Source: a bacterium (GTDB lineage: Bacteria; SM23-31). Taken from it: DNA of 64,000 nucleotides. Below are positions 61,995 through 64,000 of the stretch, piece by piece. Position numbers and translations under genes: made by a program. The stretch lies in the NCBI GenBank assembly GCA_965249485.1, contig OZ252239.1, positions 160,001 to 224,000 on the forward strand, given 5' to 3'. The notes under the pieces were generated by a model. The model had not been told where the DNA came from and did no database searches. It saw nothing but the letters and a program-made list of their open reading frames with translations. The first letter of the stretch is position 1; each line of letters starts with the position of its first letter.

Positions 61995-64000
61995 TTATTT
62001 AATTTTAGCAATCGTTACCCCGGTATCACCTTCACCCCATTCACCAAGCCTGTATTCAATAATTCTTGTATCGTGTTTCAGAAATTCTGTAACCCGTTCT
62101 CGTAAACGCCCGGTGCCTTTACCGTGAATTATTCTGACTGTTGTATGACCTGACGTTGCCGCATCCGACAGATACATATCGACCGTTGCAATCGCTTCTT
62201 CTGATTCCAGACCACGCAGATCGATCTCAGATTTCACAGAAATGAGGGGCACGGAATCGGTGACTTTCCGTTTCGATTTCGAAGAAGCAGGCACTAATTG
62301 TTCCTTGTTCACTTCCATTTTTACCGAATTGATCTGAACAGTCGCTGTCTTTTTCTTTAAATTTTCGGCAATAATGACGCCCACCTGGTCATGTCCGGCA
62401 AGCTTGACTGTTGAGCCAATTTCGAGAATCAGAGGCTGACTTGTTGTATCCGTTGGTTTTTGACCGAGACTCTTTATCCGCTTTGCAATTTTCTCTTTCT
62501 CTTCCCGGATCTCACGCTTTACGATTGCGATCGAATCTGCCGATGCCTCATCTTCTTTGAGTTTTCTGACAAGATTTTCAAAACGGCGGTTAAAAGCGTC
62601 CATCTGCTCTTCAGACTCCCGGAGTGCTTCATCAAGAGAATTCCGGTGCTTTTTATCGAACTGTTTCAACTTTCCGGAGTATTCTTCAATCAGAGCATCA
62701 AGTTTCTCCTGCCGGCCTTCCACCTCACTATTCTTTTTTTTGTAATCAGCAATACTCTCTTCCAGTTCCTGGATAAAATCTTCGACACGTACCTGTTTGT
62801 CACCAAGCCGTCTCTCTGTTTCCTCGATGATCGATTCGGGCAGTCCTATCCGTTTTGCAAGTTCGAGAGCATAGCTCGATCCGGGAATACCAACGGTCAA
62901 CTCAAATGTCGGCTGCAGTGATTTCTTATCAAAAGATAGGGAGGCATTTTCGACACCATCTGTCTCCCGTGCAAACTGTTTTAAACCACCGTGATGCGTC
63001 GTCGCAATAGCAAGTGCTCCTGCTTTGGTTATGTGATTTAGAAGTGCCATAGCGAGATGCACACCTTCTTGCGGATCAGTTCCGGCACCAATTTCGTCGA
63101 GCAGAATCAGGTCGTTTTCCGACAGCGTTTCAAAAATCGAGCGCAGGTGAATGAGCCGTGCTGAAAAGGTACTGAGATTTTCATCGATAGACTGCTGATC
63201 CCCAATATCTGCAACTACACGTTTAAAGACCGGAAAGCAGGAGTCGGGTGATGCCGGGACCGGAAGACCGATCTGGACCATAAGGCTGAGCAGACCGACC
63301 GTTTTCAGAGTAACCGTTTTACCTCCTGCATTCGGCCCGGAAACAATAAGTGTATTAAACGTTTCTCCTAATGAGACATTCAGCGGAATTACTTTTTCCG
63401 ACGATTCTGATTGGAGCGCTAAAACCGGATGACGAGCATTGCGGAGGACTAGTCTTTTACCAGATGAAACTGCCGGAGCAGACGCACCGAGTCTCTTCGA
63501 CAGCATGCCGCATGCATAATGCGTGTCGAGCCTGGTTAAAATCTCCTGATTGTGAGAGATGTCCGCTACCGCGGGACGCAGGAGATCGGAACATTTCTGT
63601 AATATTTTCCGTATTTCCTCCTCTTCCCGCGCGATATACCGGCTGATTTCGTTGTTCCGCTCAACAATATCTTTAGGTTCGATAAACACTGTTGCCCCTG
63701 TTGAGGAAACATCGTGCGTGATCCCATCGATCTGCCGCTGGTGCGAATCTTTTACCGGCAGGACATACCGTCCATTCCTGACCGTGTAATGTGCTTCCTG
63801 GAGCAGACCACTTCCGAAAGACTGCTTCACAATCGCTTCAACCCGCTTCTTCAGGGCATTTTTGAGACGTCTGATTGCACTTCTAATCTTTTTTAGCTCT
63901 GGAGATGCGGAATCGAGAATTTCACCATTCTCATCAATACAGGAACGAATTTCTTTGATGATATTTTGGTGTACATTTACCTGATTGATGAGTTTGCAAA
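61995..64000 (-). CDS. mutS2: Endonuclease MutS2 (5' end outside the window)
   Basis: SGPNAGGKT, LLDEIGAGTDP, Smr domain IIHGKGTG. Confidence 0.97.
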   Translation of the reverse strand, partial: CKLINQVNVHQNIIKEIRSCIDENGEILDSASPELKKIRSAIRRLKNALKKRVEAIVKQSFGSGLLQEAHYTVRNGRYVLPVKDSHQRQIDGITHDVSSTGATVFIEPKDIVERNNEISRYIAREEEEIRKILQKCSDLLRPAVADISHNQEILTRLDTHYACGMLSKRLGASAPAVSSGKRLVLRNARHPVLALQSESSEKVIPLNVSLGETFNTLIVSGPNAGGKTVTLKTVGLLSLMVQIGLPVPASPDSCFPVFKRVVADIGDQQSIDENLSTFSARLIHLRSIFETLSENDLILLDEIGAGTDPQEGVHLAMALLNHITKAGALAIATTHHGGLKQFARETDGVENASLSFDKKSLQPTFELTVGIPGSSYALELAKRIGLPESIIEETERRLGDKQVRVEDFIQELEESIADYKKKNSEVEGRQEKLDALIEEYSGKLKQFDKKHRNSLDEALRESEEQMDAFNRRFENLVRKLKEDEASADSIAIVKREIREEKEKIAKRIKSLGQKPTDTTSQPLILEIGSTVKLAGHDQVGVIIAENLKKKTATVQINSVKMEVNKEQLVPASSKSKRKVTDSVPLISVKSEIDLRGLESEEAIATVDMYLSDAATSGHTTVRIIHGKGTGRLRERVTEFLKHDTRIIEYRLGEWGEGDTGVTIAKIK

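Noticed and set aside
293..63896. Many short antisense or overlapping ORFs in the track
   Set aside because: Shadows of longer genes with recognisable family motifs

Overview
Bacterial chromosomal window; the gene style suggests the FCB group, but taxonomy cannot be established here. The right end is core genome: tRNA-Ile(CAU), an M14 peptidase, dnaG, a methyltransferase and partial mutS2. Left of the tRNA (about 1-57.2 kb) is an accessory region. Next to the tRNA 3' end sits a compact module of a tyrosine integrase, excisionase-like HTH genes, a Rep-like gene and a TerS-like gene. Three displaced copies of the tRNA 3' half (13.5, 20.7, 30.2 kb) each carry the same ~150-bp arm with TGACACA repeats. 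Two further att-like core+arm sites lie in inverted orientation (50.5, 53.2 kb). The cargo is mostly secreted hydrolases: 7 M24-fold paralogues and 3 M28 genes (two appear identical) with altered catalytic motifs, plus GH29, sulfatase, BNR-repeat, DUF885 and an ECF-FecR-SusC-SusD unit. The most striking unexplained structure is a ~103-bp non-coding module: a 17-bp box, sigma70-like -10/-35, and a 27-bp core CTCCTCGGGCTGTACGATTTGCGAACC. The core occurs 10 times in one orientation, roughly once per gene, between unrelated genes. This suggests an integron-like gene-capture array or a portable promoter. All alignments were done by eye; no database searches were run.
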